The notes: generated from the letters alone by a model not told the origin. A stretch of DNA of 59,493 nt from Lachnospiraceae bacterium (GCA_045651105.1 JAZRRW010000067.1:1-59493); one strand, 5' to 3'. Shown: positions 34,649 to 45,564, numbered from the stretch's first letter. Program-made: numbers and translations.

Positions 34649-35896
34649 CTATCTGCTCAAATAATTCCATGGACTTACATATGCTCCGTTCAGGCGCACA
34701 CTAAAGTGTAAATGCGGTCCTGTGGAACGACCTGTAGTACCGACAGCAGCAATCACATCTCCCTTTAATACTACATCATCCTTGGAAACGTAAAGCTTAG
34801 ACGCATGTAAATAAATGGTTCTGAGGCCATCTCCATGCTCGATGTAAATATAATTACCCATGGAGCTGTTGTATCCTGCCTCGCCTACAATACCATTATA
34901 TGCGGCTACAATAGGCGTCCCCTCTGCTGCCGCCAAATCTACACCGTTATGGTATGCCTTAAGCCCCGTGAAAGGGTCAGAACGCCATCCAAACTCAGAT
35001 GTAACAGCAATATACTTTGGCGCCGGCCACGCAAAACCGCTGCCATCATAGCCCAGGGTAATGCCACTTGCTCTTAAGATTTCTTTTTGTTCCTCAGTAA
35101 TTTCTTTTTCAAGGCTGGCGATCAGATTCGTCTGATATTTCAGGTCTGCTTCCAGCTCCTTAATGCTGGCTTCCGTTAAGGCTATATCGTCTTCGTATGC
35201 TGCCAAATCCTTTGCCTTTTGCTGTCGTACAGCAGCCAGATTACTTTCCTCTGCCTCAAGTGCAACCTTGCCTTCATTCAAGGTAATCTTTTCCTGCGCT
35301 ACGGCATCCTTACAGAGAGCAATGTATTCTCGCTGTAATATATACTGATGAAGCATCTGATTGTCATATGCCGCCATCTCCTCTACGTATTCAGCTCTGT
35401 TAAGCATACTGGCGAAGCTGTCAGCCGTAAGGATTGCCTCCAGGTAACTGACTTCACCGCGCTCATACAAATATTGTATGTGCTGCTGCATAATTTCATA
35501 CTGCTCTTCTTCCTGCTCTAAAGCCTCTGTCAACTCTTTTTCTTTGAGATTAAGCTCAGCCTCTTTTTCAGCAATCAATTTCTCATAGGACTTGATTTTG
35601 TCCTGAATGCTGTTCATCGTGGCATCAATGCTTTCTATATATTTGTCTAAGTCTGCTTTTTTATGTTCCAGATCCTTTACTATTTTCTCCATATTAGTAA
35701 TGGAATTCTTAATACTTCCCTGTTGCGCAGAAGCATTGGCGATTTCTTCCTTTTTGGCTGCAATGCTGTCACTGGTTATGGAGGACAAATCCATAGCATG
35801 CGCCCGTTCTCCCTCCACCCAAAGACAACAGACAACCAGTATTATTGCTGCAAACAGGCTGATAAAGCAGGCTATTAGCTTTTTGCCTGGTTTCAT
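34649..35896 (-). CDS. M23 family metallopeptidase with N-terminal coiled coil (EnvC-like)
   Basis: 415 aa. Long coiled coil followed by HNGVDLAA...GNYIYIEHGDG...GPHLHFSV. Confidence 0.85.
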   Translation of the reverse strand: MKPGKKLIACFISLFAAIILVVCCLWVEGERAHAMDLSSITSDSIAAKKEEIANASAQQGSIKNSITNMEKIVKDLEHKKADLDKYIESIDATMNSIQDKIKSYEKLIAEKEAELNLKEKELTEALEQEEEQYEIMQQHIQYLYERGEVSYLEAILTADSFASMLNRAEYVEEMAAYDNQMLHQYILQREYIALCKDAVAQEKITLNEGKVALEAEESNLAAVRQQKAKDLAAYEDDIALTEASIKELEADLKYQTNLIASLEKEITEEQKEILRASGITLGYDGSGFAWPAPKYIAVTSEFGWRSDPFTGLKAYHNGVDLAAAEGTPIVAAYNGIVGEAGYNSSMGNYIYIEHGDGLRTIYLHASKLYVSKDDVVLKGDVIAAVGTTGRSTGPHLHFSVRLNGAYVSPWNYLSR

Positions 35897-35905
35897 GCCT
35901 GCTCC

Positions 35906-36805
35906 TTATACCTTTAAATGCTTTCTGCAAGTAAAATAACTGCCAAAATATCCAATTCCAACACCTATACCAAGGCTCAGCGGGAGCAGATATGTAAATA
36001 CTGCCGTAACATCCAAAAAGCCCAATAAAGAGGTCAAGGCAGGGAACTGCGCCGCAATCCCCAATACAATTTGATTATACAAAACATAAATCAATACAAG
36101 TGGCAGCGCTGCACCGATTAAACCGATTAAAACACCTTGAATAATAAACGGAAATCTTACAAAAAAGTCCGTAGCGCCTATATATTTCATAATATTGATT
36201 TCTTCCTTACGGATAGAAATACCCACGGTAATCGTATTGCTGATCAGGAATACAGATACCAGAAAAAGGATACCGATAATGCCAAAGCTGGCTACACCCA
36301 CTAACGAATCCATACCGGTCAACATATTTGCTGCTAGATCGGATTTATTAATACGACGAATAATTGGATTGGATTCCAGATATTCTACCAACTGCTCCTG
36401 TTTGGAGGTATCGTTAATGTAAATTTCCAGATTGGCACTTTTTGCAAGCGGATTTTCCGGAAAGCCTTCCATGTACTCGCCCATATTCATGTCTTCTACA
36501 AAATCAGCCCACGCCTGCTCTGCAGAAACATATACGGTGCGCTCCACCTCATCTCTGGCTTCTAACTGGGCCTGCAAGCCTTTGATTTCTTCTTCTGAAG
36601 TGCCCTCTACAAAAAAGGTAGTGACTGCCACGCCCTTCTGTACATTTTCTACAATATGTTGAAAATTCATCATAATTGCCACAAAAATGCCTAATAAAAA
36701 CAGACACGCACTGATAGTGGCAATAGATGCCAATGTATACCATTTGTTCCTAAAAAGGCCCTTAAAGCCCTCCTTGAATGTATATTTTAAAGTATTAATC
36801 CTCAT
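35906..36805 (-). CDS. ftsX: Cell division permease-like protein FtsX
   Basis: 299 aa starting at [22 protein letters not shown]. Four TM segments. The start overlaps the ftsE stop by 11 nt. Confidence 0.9.
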   Translation of the reverse strand: MRINTLKYTFKEGFKGLFRNKWYTLASIATISACLFLLGIFVAIMMNFQHIVENVQKGVAVTTFFVEGTSEEEIKGLQAQLEARDEVERTVYVSAEQAWADFVEDMNMGEYMEGFPENPLAKSANLEIYINDTSKQEQLVEYLESNPIIRRINKSDLAANMLTGMDSLVGVASFGIIGILFLVSVFLISNTITVGISIRKEEINIMKYIGATDFFVRFPFIIQGVLIGLIGAALPLVLIYVLYNQIVLGIAAQFPALTSLLGFLDVTAVFTYLLPLSLGIGVGIGYFGSYFTCRKHLKV

Positions 36806-37541
36806 AAATGTAACCACCCATCTCTTCGTCGCTTTCAATAAAGCCCTTGTGCATCGTAACGACCCGCTTCTGCATTGCATCTACAATTTCACGGTTATGT
36901 GTTACAACAACTACCGTAGTGCCGGCCTCATTAAATTCCTCCAACAGCTTCATAATTTCCCAGCTGTTCTTCGGATCCAGATTACCTGTTGGCTCGTCGC
37001 AAAGTAAAATTTCAGGCTTATTAATCAGGGCTCTCGCCAATGCCACACGCTGCTGCTCACCACCGGAAAGCTGCCTTGGCTTTGCCTTATACTTGCCGGC
37101 AAGTCCCACCTGTGACAATATCTCAGGAACATTCTTACGCACCTGCTTTTCCGGTACCTGTGTAATGTACTGAGCAAATGCTACATTTTCATATACATTC
37201 ATGCTTTTTAACAAACGGAAATCCTGGAATACCACACCCAGTCTTCTGCGAAGTGCCGGAACGCGTTTACGCCTCATTTTATTTAAATTCTGCCCCAAAA
37301 CATATACATTGCCTGTGGTAGAGGTCAATTCACGTAATAGCAGCTTAATCAGTGTAGACTTACCGGAACCGCTGTCACCTACTATAAATACAAACTCGCC
37401 CTTTTTGATGCGCAAAGAAATGCCTTTTAATACGTTGGATACATTATATGACTTCGTCACGTTGTCCAACACAATTGCATCATCTTCGTATAATTCAATT
37501 TCATTCATTCGTGCTCTATTATTTCTCGCCACGTTGTTCAC
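36795..37541 (-). CDS. ftsE: Cell division ATP-binding protein FtsE
   Basis: GDSGSGKST Walker [16 protein letters not shown] signature and [11 protein letters not shown] Walker B. The start may be an internal Met. Confidence 0.9.
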   Translation of the reverse strand: MNNVARNNRARMNEIELYEDDAIVLDNVTKSYNVSNVLKGISLRIKKGEFVFIVGDSGSGKSTLIKLLLRELTSTTGNVYVLGQNLNKMRRKRVPALRRRLGVVFQDFRLLKSMNVYENVAFAQYITQVPEKQVRKNVPEILSQVGLAGKYKAKPRQLSGGEQQRVALARALINKPEILLCDEPTGNLDPKNSWEIMKLLEEFNEAGTTVVVVTHNREIVDAMQKRVVTMHKGFIESDEEMGGYIYED

Positions 37542-37644
37542 CTTTCCTTTATCTATTACATGTAAGCACCAATACCCGCACTGAAAGTAATGTACTTTAC
37601 AGACTCTCTGTAAGATTCCACCTTTCGTCCGGGTATTCTTGTTA

Positions 37645-38730
37645 CTAGCTCTCTAAACTTTCCATATATTTCATATACTTCACTACCATCAACGCAATGC
37701 GGAAGGTAATGGCATCCTCAAACACACGTAAATCCAGACCTGTTGCCTTCTGCAGCTTATCCAAACGATATACCAGTGTATTACGATGAATAAACAACTG
37801 TCTGGATGTTTCAGATACATTCAGACTGTTTTCAAAGAACCTGCTTATAGTAACCAGACTTTCCTCATCAAAATCATCAGGACTCTTTCCACCAAAGATC
37901 TCTCTGATGAACATCTTACACAACGGTATCGGAAGCTGGTAAATTAATCGACCAATGCCCAATTCACTATAGGCTATTACCCACTTGTCCTCAAAGAATA
38001 TCTTGCCTACATCCAATGCCATTTTGGCTTCCTTATAGGAACGGCTGACGTCCTTGATTTCACGTACACATGTACCATAGGCAATGCGGATACCCTTTGC
38101 GCCGTCCTTGGTCAACTGCTCGATAATACTCTTAGCGTACCTGTCCACATCGGAATTGGATTCATGTTCTGCCAAATCCTTTAGAATAATAACATCCCTC
38201 TCATCCACAGCAGTAATGAACTCTTTGTTACTACTACCTATGAATGCCTTTGTAAGCTCTAATATATTAACCTCACGGCTATTTGCCGCTTGAATCAGTA
38301 TAACCGTACGTTTCTGATCTGTAGGCATACGCAGCTTCTTGGAACGACTGTAAATATCAACCAACAGCAAGTTGTCCAACAATAAGTTCTTGACAAAATT
38401 ATCCTTGTCAAAGCGCTCCTTGTAGGCAACCAACAACCCCTGAATCTGGAAGGCACTCATCTTACCCACCATGTAAGCATCATCCCCTGTGCCACGCACT
38501 ACAAGAATATACTCCAACTGGTACTCGTCATAAATCTTAAAGTATTGACACCCCTGTACCTCCTGACTGTCTGCCGGTGATCTGGAAAATTCAATACACC
38601 TGACAGCACATTCCTTCATATCGCAGGTAGCCGCCAATTCCTTCCCCTCTGCATCCATAACCGCAAGTTCCATACGGCTGATACTTTTCAGGCCGTCAAT
38701 TGTACTTTGTAGTATCTGATTTGAAATCAT
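37645..38730 (-). CDS. PucR/CdaR-family transcriptional regulator
   Basis: 361 aa. The C-terminal HTH SETSRQLFIHRNTLVYRLDKLQKATGLD is typical of PucR_C. Confidence 0.8.
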   Translation of the reverse strand: MISNQILQSTIDGLKSISRMELAVMDAEGKELAATCDMKECAVRCIEFSRSPADSQEVQGCQYFKIYDEYQLEYILVVRGTGDDAYMVGKMSAFQIQGLLVAYKERFDKDNFVKNLLLDNLLLVDIYSRSKKLRMPTDQKRTVILIQAANSREVNILELTKAFIGSSNKEFITAVDERDVIILKDLAEHESNSDVDRYAKSIIEQLTKDGAKGIRIAYGTCVREIKDVSRSYKEAKMALDVGKIFFEDKWVIAYSELGIGRLIYQLPIPLCKMFIREIFGGKSPDDFDEESLVTISRFFENSLNVSETSRQLFIHRNTLVYRLDKLQKATGLDLRVFEDAITFRIALMVVKYMKYMESLES

Positions 38731-38830
38731 GTCCTTTTCTCCTATGTGTGATTTCAGTAAATACCGTTAATTAAAATTTACACAAAATGTACCAAAAAAG
38801 CAATAGTTTTTTGTAGAATTTTGCTGATAT

Positions 38831-39691
38831 TTATTCGGAAATTTTTAAAATGCCCTTTTCTGTAATTTTGATGCGACCATTTTTGAGTAAATTCCCAACC
38901 GCACGTTTAAATTCGTTTTTGCTCATGCCTGTTTCACGCTTAATCACCTCCGGTGACGCCTTATCATTAAAAGGCAATGCGCCGCCAAACCTGTCGATAA
39001 GCTCTGCTACCTTCTCAGCATCACCGGCAATTTGTAAATATGCCTTTTCACGAATACTCAAATCTAACTTGCCGTCTTCCTTTACCTGCAGCACTCGGGC
39101 AGTAATCGTCTCTCCTATCCGGACGTCACCGTATAATTCCTTTTTGGCAATAAGTCCGGAATAAATATCATCCACCGCAACAAAAGCGCCAAAGTTAGGA
39201 CTGATTTCATAAACAGTACCGGTTACTCTGTCATCCTTCTGATACGGGCTGTCTGTACGTAAATCATGATACACATTCATAGTAGCACACAGACGGTCAC
39301 TCTTATCAATATAAAGAGATACCAAAACCTCTTCCCCTTCACTGACACGTTTTTTCTGCTGCTTAAAAGGAAGCATCAAATCCTTCTCCAACCCCCAGTC
39401 CAAAAAAGCTCCAAACTTGCCTACCTGTGCCACACGCAGTCTGGCCACCTGCCCCATAGCAAGCTTTGGCTGCAAGGTGGTAGCTACAAGCCTGTCCTTA
39501 GAATCTCTGTAAACAAACACCTCTACATGATCTCCAACTGACTTGCCTTCCGGAACATATTTGGATGGCAGCAAAATTTTCTGCTCCTTTATTGCTTCTG
39601 CATCATGTACCGCACTTTCCGGTGCCACGTAAACACCGAATTCCACCTTCTTTACAATAACTAAATTCTGTACTTCTCCTAAACGAATCAT
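38831..39691 (-). CDS. S1-like RNA-binding protein, CvfB/YitL family
   Basis: 286 aa. Repeated S1-like barrels (FGVYV, FGAFLDW, FGAFVAV) plus a C-terminal winged helix. Confidence 0.85.
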   Translation of the reverse strand: MIRLGEVQNLVIVKKVEFGVYVAPESAVHDAEAIKEQKILLPSKYVPEGKSVGDHVEVFVYRDSKDRLVATTLQPKLAMGQVARLRVAQVGKFGAFLDWGLEKDLMLPFKQQKKRVSEGEEVLVSLYIDKSDRLCATMNVYHDLRTDSPYQKDDRVTGTVYEISPNFGAFVAVDDIYSGLIAKKELYGDVRIGETITARVLQVKEDGKLDLSIREKAYLQIAGDAEKVAELIDRFGGALPFNDKASPEVIKRETGMSKNEFKRAVGNLLKNGRIKITEKGILKISE

Positions 39692-40410
39692 TTCTCTCCT
39701 CCCATACTGGTCAAAATATGCATATTTACATATGGCGTTCCCTCTGCATCACGTAGGCTGACTGCAATACCACCTTCCATAGAAGCTACAAAGGGATAAA
39801 TATCATCTCCTAAATAAGCCTGTTTTTTGTACTCTACTCTAAGCTCTTCCACTTCCAAATGGCGTGGTACATAGTTCATGGCAAGTGTAATATATCTGGC
39901 ATTATTCATATGTTGGTTGGTATCCAAATGCTCACGACTTACCTTCACAGGCGCAAAACTCTCTCCCTCTGCCGGAATGGTCACTTTTCTTCCTGCATAA
40001 TTCATGTCAAGTCTTTCCTCCAGTGGATACTGACCAACAATTTCTTCATCCGCCTTTACAGGCTTTCCGGTCTGCATATCCAGCAGTGTCCAGATAGAAT
40101 TGGCACAGACAATATGCTCTCCTCCGGCATCCTCTAACAGGAAATTTCTCATTCCCATAAAACTTTTAAATTCATACGGAAAGGTGCCTGCCTTAATCAT
40201 TTCCCCCTGCCCGGGCCTGCGTTTAATTATAATCTGCCAAAAGTTCAAAACCCATGCAAGGTGCCTTTCTTCCAAATAGGCACGCCCCACTCCCAATTCA
40301 TCTGACTGAAAATTAGAACAGTCCTGAAAATAATCAACAATCCTTGGAACACCTAAAAGCCCCTTTTCATCCAATTCACTATAGCGAATTTTACTTTCAA
40401 ATTTAAACAT
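39688..40410 (-). CDS. Acyl-ACP thioesterase
   Basis: 240 aa. Double hot-dog pattern (RYSELD...HLAWVL...DTNQHMNNARY). Confidence 0.8.
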   Translation of the reverse strand: MFKFESKIRYSELDEKGLLGVPRIVDYFQDCSNFQSDELGVGRAYLEERHLAWVLNFWQIIIKRRPGQGEMIKAGTFPYEFKSFMGMRNFLLEDAGGEHIVCANSIWTLLDMQTGKPVKADEEIVGQYPLEERLDMNYAGRKVTIPAEGESFAPVKVSREHLDTNQHMNNARYITLAMNYVPRHLEVEELRVEYKKQAYLGDDIYPFVASMEGGIAVSLRDAEGTPYVNMHILTSMGGEK

Positions 40411-40442
40411 AACACTGTTTCCTTTTATGTTCCCATGTAATG

Positions 40443-40474
40443 AAAAAAGTCTCAGCAGATTGCTCCACTGAGAC
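40443..40474 (-). terminator. Intrinsic terminator after tRNA-Gln
   Basis: gtctcag / ctgagac stem followed by TTTTTT on the minus strand. Confidence 0.6.
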
Positions 40475-40481
40475 CTCTAAG

Positions 40482-40553
40482 CAGCGCTACAAGGATTCGA
40501 ACCTTGAAATGACGGAGTCAGAGTCCGTTGCCTTACCGTTTGGCGATAGCGCT
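40482..40553 (-). tRNA. tRNA-Gln (anticodon CTG)
   Basis: The minus strand reads AGCGCTATCGCCAAACGGTAAGGCAACGGACTCTGACTCCGTCATTTCAAGGTTCGAATCCTTGTAGCGCTG. It has a 7-bp acceptor stem, anticodon stem ACGGA/TCCGT with loop CTCTGAC, and a GGTTCGAATCC T-arm. CCA is not encoded. Confidence 0.85.
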
Positions 40554-40579
40554 ATATGTTATTGCTGAACACTTATATT

Positions 40580-40607
40580 ATTATACACACTTTCCCAAAA
40601 TATGCAA
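40580..40607 (-). promoter_or_regulatory. Promoter for tRNA-Gln (TTGCAT-N16-TATAAT with TGTG extension) behind an A/T-tract UP-like region
   Basis: On the minus strand, TTGCAT sits at 40607..40602 and TATAAT at 40585..40580. Long A and T runs lie at 40617-40650. Confidence 0.5.
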
Positions 40608-40727
40608 GTACTTTTATAAAAAAAAAATAATTTTTTTATAAAAAAAATTTTATGCTTCATTTAGGGCTCATTCGGCGCGTCTGGTCATAATAATATGATT
40701 GACACGCCGAGTTTGCCATTTCTAAAT

Positions 40728-42836
40728 TTAAACCTCAAAAATCAACTCACCATAATTTGGAACAGGCCATACCTTTGCGTCCACAATACGCTCTAAAGAA
40801 TCAATGTGCTTACGAAGCTCATTCATTGCAGGAACAACCTGCTCCTTAAAGAAGAAGGCACGCTCCTTGTGATTTTTAATGGCTTTTGACTGGGTTCTGA
40901 CTTCTGTCAGTACATCCAGTGCTGCCTTTGCCTTTGCCAGCTTATCAGAAACTTCCATGAGCAGATTTTTCTGAACAGTGGTGTCCACTCCTACGCTCTG
41001 TACTGCAATCACAGTATCCGCCAAGCTCTTTGTATAATCAATAATTGCAGGTATGTATTGCTTTGCTCCCATGTCAATCATGGTGCGGGCTTCAATATTC
41101 ATGGTCTTTACATAAGTCTCATAAAGAACTTCTGCGCGGGATTCCAGTTCTACCTTGGTAAAAATACCAAACTTCTCAAACAGCTTTACAGACTTTTCCG
41201 TAAGCAATGCATCCACTGCTTCCACAGTAGTCTTAATATTTGGTAAACCACGTCGTGCTGCTTCCTCTATCCATTTCTGTGAGTAACCATCACCATTGAA
41301 AATAATGCGCTGATGCTTTGTCATATATTCTTTAATCAAATCATGGACTGCTACATCAAAATCTTCTGCCGCCTCTAACACATCTGCCGCTTCACAAAAA
41401 GCTTCCGCAACAATAGCATTTAAGGTAGTATTTGGTGCAGCCACTGAGTCGGAAGCACCAACCATTCTAAATTCAAATTTATTACCGGTAAATGCAAATG
41501 GTGAAGTACGATTACGGTCGGTAGCATCTTTTTCAAACTCAGGAAGTGTAGAAACACCTGTCTCCAGCTTCTGTCCACGTAAGGAGCGGGCTGCCGTTCC
41601 GGTCTCTACAAGCTGTGAAACCACATCCTCCAGCTGCTCGCCAAGAAACATGGAGATAATGGCAGGTGGTGCCTCGCCAGCACCCAGTCTATGGTCATTT
41701 CCCACATCAGATGCACTTTGTCTAAGCAGGTCTGCATGGGTATCAACAGCCTTCATGATGCATGCAAGCACTAATAAAAACTGGATGTTTTCATGAGGGG
41801 TCTTTCCCGGCTCCAACATATTAATACCAGTATCCGTACAAAGTGACCAATTATCATGCTTGCCGGAACCATTAACACCTGCAAATGGCTTCTCATGTAA
41901 AAGGCAGGTCAGATTGTGACGACTTGCCACCTTTTTCATGGTCTCCATAATTAACTGGTTGTGGTCTACTGCAATATTAGCCGTCTCATAAATCGGTGCC
42001 AGCTCATGCTGTGCAGGTGCAGCCTCATTGTGCTGCGTCTTTGCTGTTACACCGAGCTTCCAAAGCTCTATATTGAGCTCTTTCATAAAGGAACCGACAC
42101 GGTCACGAATAACACCAAAATAATGGTCTTCCATTTCCTGACCTTTCGGCGCAGGTACACCAAAAAGAGTACGCCCTGCAAAAATCAAATCTTTTCTCTT
42201 TAAATATTTGTCACGGTCAATCAAAAAATATTCCTGCTCCGGACCAACAGAAGGAATAACCTTCGTTGCAGTTGTGTTCCCAAATAAACGCAAAATTCGT
42301 AAAGATTGCGTACTGATGGCTTCCATGGAACGAAGCAATGGTGTCTTCTTATCCAAAGCTTCTCCGGTATAGGAGCAAAAAGCAGTAGGAATACACAAAA
42401 CTACCCCTGTTGCGTCCTCCTTTAAAAATGCAGGAGAGGTAATATCCCAAGCCGTATAGCCTCTTGCTTCACAAACGGAACGAATACCGCCATTTGGAAA
42501 GGAAGAAGCATCAGACTCACCTTTAATCAGCTCCTTACCTGAAAACTCTAACAGTGTCTTACCGGAAGCATCCGGCACAGTTACGAAAGCATCATGCTTC
42601 TCAGCCGTAATGCCGGTCAATGGCTGAAACCAATGTGTGTAGTGGGTGGCCCCCTTTTCTACTGCCCAGTCCTTCATAGCCTTTGCCACTACATTGGCAT
42701 CCGCCAATGAAAGCTCGCCCCCCTGCTCCATTACCATTTTTACATCCTTAAATACATCCTTGGGAAGACGTTCCTTCATTACTCCAAGCGTAAATACATT
42801 ACTGGCAAAAATTTCTTCTACGTTAATTTTGTTCAT
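40728..42836 (-). CDS. glnN: Glutamine synthetase type III
   Basis: 702 aa. The length and N-terminus ([21 protein letters not shown]...[12 protein letters not shown]) are characteristic of GS-III. Confidence 0.9.
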   Translation of the reverse strand: MNKINVEEIFASNVFTLGVMKERLPKDVFKDVKMVMEQGGELSLADANVVAKAMKDWAVEKGATHYTHWFQPLTGITAEKHDAFVTVPDASGKTLLEFSGKELIKGESDASSFPNGGIRSVCEARGYTAWDITSPAFLKEDATGVVLCIPTAFCSYTGEALDKKTPLLRSMEAISTQSLRILRLFGNTTATKVIPSVGPEQEYFLIDRDKYLKRKDLIFAGRTLFGVPAPKGQEMEDHYFGVIRDRVGSFMKELNIELWKLGVTAKTQHNEAAPAQHELAPIYETANIAVDHNQLIMETMKKVASRHNLTCLLHEKPFAGVNGSGKHDNWSLCTDTGINMLEPGKTPHENIQFLLVLACIMKAVDTHADLLRQSASDVGNDHRLGAGEAPPAIISMFLGEQLEDVVSQLVETGTAARSLRGQKLETGVSTLPEFEKDATDRNRTSPFAFTGNKFEFRMVGASDSVAAPNTTLNAIVAEAFCEAADVLEAAEDFDVAVHDLIKEYMTKHQRIIFNGDGYSQKWIEEAARRGLPNIKTTVEAVDALLTEKSVKLFEKFGIFTKVELESRAEVLYETYVKTMNIEARTMIDMGAKQYIPAIIDYTKSLADTVIAVQSVGVDTTVQKNLLMEVSDKLAKAKAALDVLTEVRTQSKAIKNHKERAFFFKEQVVPAMNELRKHIDSLERIVDAKVWPVPNYGELIFEV

Positions 42837-42862
42837 CTTTTGCTGCTCTCCTCATTTAAATA

Positions 42863-44101
42863 TCACTTTATATTCTGCACTCTCAGCAAATCATACTGCT
42901 CCGGCACCACAGACAGCTGCAGATAAATCAACTGTTTGGAATGCGGGCAGCTTTCCACAGGATTCATGTCTGCATCAAACATGCCATTTACTGTTACAGG
43001 AACGTTTTCGCCATTCGGCTTCATAATCTCGATGGTATCCCCCACGCAGAATTTATTACGCTGTTCAATACGTACCAGCCAATCCTCCCGCACTTCTTCA
43101 ACGATACCAAGGTAAATATATTCGTTTACATAGGTGTTGTTATCATATATCTGCGTCTCATTGGTAGGCTTGCCAAAGAAAAATCCGGTAGTAAACTGTC
43201 GATAGGTACATTTGCCAATTTCAGCCTTGTACCATTCCATGTTAGCGCGGTATTTTTCTTCACTTTCATAATAATCATCCAAAGCTTTACGGTAAGTGCG
43301 CGCTACCGTTGCCACATAAAGGGCTGTCTTCATACGTCCTTCAATTTTCAGACTGTCGATACCAGCCTCACAAATAGCAGGAATATGTTCTATCATACAT
43401 AAGTCCTTGGAATTAAAAATATATGTGCCCCGTTCGTTTTCATAAACCGGCAGATATTCACCCGGTCGCTTTTCCTCTACTACGGCATATTTCCAGCGGC
43501 AAGGATGTGTACAGGCGCCCTGATTTGCATCTCTGCCTGTAAAATAGTTAGACAACAGGCAACGTCCGGAATAGGAAATGCACATTGCTCCATGAATAAA
43601 AGTCTCTATTTCCATATCCTCCGGAATATGCTCTCTGATTTCACGTATTTCCTCCAGGGAAAGCTCCCTTGCAGAAACCACTCTCTGTGCTCCCAGCTGA
43701 TGCCAGAACAGATAAGTCTGATAGTTGGTATTGTTGGCCTGGGTAGAAATATGAATCTCAATCTCAGGACAAACCTCTCTGGCAATCATAAACATACCCG
43801 GGTCTGATATAATCAGTGCATCCGGCTTCATTTCCTTTAACTCGGCAAAATACGCTCTGGCACCTTCCAAATCGCCATTATGTGCCAAAATATTAGCCGT
43901 TACATATACTTTTACACCATGTTCATGTGCAAAAGCAATTCCCTTTACCATATCTTCCTTAGAAAAATTTTTGGCATTGGCACGAAGTCCAAAGGCTTCA
44001 CCGCCGATATATACGGCATCTGCGCCAAAAATGACTGCTGTCTTTAAAACTTCCAGACTACTAGCCGGAACCAGTAATTCTGCTTTTTCTCTTCTAGCCA
44101 T
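42863..44101 (-). CDS. Peptidase U32 family protein (TrhP-like, probable tRNA ho5U-related)
   Basis: 412 aa. ELLVPASSLEVLKTAVIFGADAVYIGG and SARELSLEEI motifs. Sits adjacent to a TrmR-like methyltransferase, as in the Bacillus yrrM-yrrN-yrrO cluster. Confidence 0.8.
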   Translation of the reverse strand: MARREKAELLVPASSLEVLKTAVIFGADAVYIGGEAFGLRANAKNFSKEDMVKGIAFAHEHGVKVYVTANILAHNGDLEGARAYFAELKEMKPDALIISDPGMFMIAREVCPEIEIHISTQANNTNYQTYLFWHQLGAQRVVSARELSLEEIREIREHIPEDMEIETFIHGAMCISYSGRCLLSNYFTGRDANQGACTHPCRWKYAVVEEKRPGEYLPVYENERGTYIFNSKDLCMIEHIPAICEAGIDSLKIEGRMKTALYVATVARTYRKALDDYYESEEKYRANMEWYKAEIGKCTYRQFTTGFFFGKPTNETQIYDNNTYVNEYIYLGIVEEVREDWLVRIEQRNKFCVGDTIEIMKPNGENVPVTVNGMFDADMNPVESCPHSKQLIYLQLSVVPEQYDLLRVQNIK

Positions 44102-44139
44102 GAAAATCCTCTTTGTAACTATTCAACCCGTCTGAACAA

Positions 44140-44787
44140 TTACTCCTCTTTCTTTATACTAAGGGTTACCCCATCACCCACAGGTAACACCACGGTTTCT
44201 AATCTGTCATCATGCGTTAATGCAAATAAATACTCACGCATACGTGCATGTATGGTACGGTTCCTTCTGATTACTGCAAAGCGAGACTCAATAATCTCAC
44301 CATCCTGCATCACATTATCAGACACCAATAAACCGCCCGGTGCCAAAAGTCGCATCACGTCCGGCATAAAATGAATATACTGTCCTTTGGCTGCATCCAT
44401 AAAAATCATATCATAGGTACCTTCCAGCCCCTTTAAGATATCCGCAGCATCACCTTCCAACAAGGTTATTCTGTCTGCATAACCGCTGGCTTCGAAATTT
44501 GCCTTTGCTAACGGGATGCGCTTTTCATACTTTTCAATTGTAGTAATATGACAATTCTTAGGACTATACTCTGCCATTAAAATAGCAGAAAAACCAATTG
44601 CCGTACCTACCTCCAATATACTGGAAGGCTTATGCAGTTGTAATAAAAACCGCATCAGACTCTGCATGGCAGGTCTGATAATAGGCACATCCGTGCGGAC
44701 AGCCTCTTCCTCAAGCTCTGTTAAAAACGGGGTATTGCCCTTATCCAAAGACTGAATAAAGGCAATCATTCTCTCATCTATAATCAT
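44140..44787 (-). CDS. Class I SAM-dependent O-methyltransferase (YrrM/TrmR-like)
   Basis: 215 aa. ILEVGTAIGFS SAM motif and IFMDAAKGQY. Confidence 0.8.
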   Translation of the reverse strand: MIIDERMIAFIQSLDKGNTPFLTELEEEAVRTDVPIIRPAMQSLMRFLLQLHKPSSILEVGTAIGFSAILMAEYSPKNCHITTIEKYEKRIPLAKANFEASGYADRITLLEGDAADILKGLEGTYDMIFMDAAKGQYIHFMPDVMRLLAPGGLLVSDNVMQDGEIIESRFAVIRRNRTIHARMREYLFALTHDDRLETVVLPVGDGVTLSIKKEE

Positions 44788-44790
44788 GTC

Positions 44791-45165
44791 CTACTCCTGA
44801 CTAATCTCTCCTGAGAGTATAGCCATAATTTCCTCATTATCCATTGACGTATTTAAAGTATAAGTGCCGGCCCTAAAAGAACCTTTATAGTGTGAAAGTC
44901 GATTTTGAATATTAAATACAAGAGCATCACGAATAACACCCTTCTGCTCCAACATGTCAGCAATGGCGCTGGTACCCATACCTTCTTTAATTTCTACCAC
45001 TACGTCCTTGCCCGGTGCAAGGCTTATGGGCTTTTCTGCAAACAGTCTGTATCCGAAATCATATGCGGTCAATGCCCCCACATAAATTACCATTACTATA
45101 ACAATTGCAAACAACAACCTTGTCACTCTGGATAACACAGAGTATCCTGCCTTTTGTTTTTTCAT
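44791..45165 (-). CDS. Short MltG/YceG-like protein (TM plus N-terminal domain only)
   Basis: About 124 aa starting at MKKQKAGY. A TM helix, then GMGTSAIADMLEQKGVI...FRAGTYTL, resembling the N-terminal part of MltG. The catalytic part is absent. The position matches yrrL synteny. Confidence 0.55.
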   Translation of the reverse strand: MKKQKAGYSVLSRVTRLLFAIVIVMVIYVGALTAYDFGYRLFAEKPISLAPGKDVVVEIKEGMGTSAIADMLEQKGVIRDALVFNIQNRLSHYKGSFRAGTYTLNTSMDNEEIMAILSGEISQE

Positions 45166-45222
45166 AATAATCTCCATTCCGCCGCCTATAAGCTACGGCC
45201 AAACTCCTTAATACCGCTGCTC

Positions 45223-45558
45223 TTAGTCAAACCCCATGGCAGCCGTCAGGCGACCTTGTACCTCCTGCAAAACACGGCATAAAGCCACTTCTGCCTTTAA
45301 GTAACGGTCAATCTGCGGATAGTTGGCCAATTCTGTTCTTTTATCCTCTAAACTGTTAAAATCCGCAAAACTAACCGGTCCCTTCAAGGCATGATATGCC
45401 AGATAATTTTCTGCCCGGAAAGCATCCGCCTGTGCCTTCAGCTCGGGATACTTTTGTAAATCCTCTAGAGCGCTCCGAAATTCTGTATAAATCGAAGTGC
45501 CTTTAATGGTATTGATTAAAACATTTGTTTCATTCAATATCTCTGTAACTTCCCTCAT
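45223..45558 (-). CDS. YlbF/YmcA-family protein
   Basis: 111 aa helical protein. The family call rests on pattern and synteny only. Confidence 0.55.
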   Translation of the reverse strand: MREVTEILNETNVLINTIKGTSIYTEFRSALEDLQKYPELKAQADAFRAENYLAYHALKGPVSFADFNSLEDKRTELANYPQIDRYLKAEVALCRVLQEVQGRLTAAMGFD

Positions 45559-45564
45559 AAAAAT

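Noticed and set aside
40604-40650. Long A/T homopolymer palindrome (A10, T7, A8, T4) considered as a mobile-element end or origin feature
   Set aside because: It has no partner repeat, no flanking duplication and no mobility gene. It sits directly upstream of the tRNA promoter, so it is better explained as an UP element or curved DNA.
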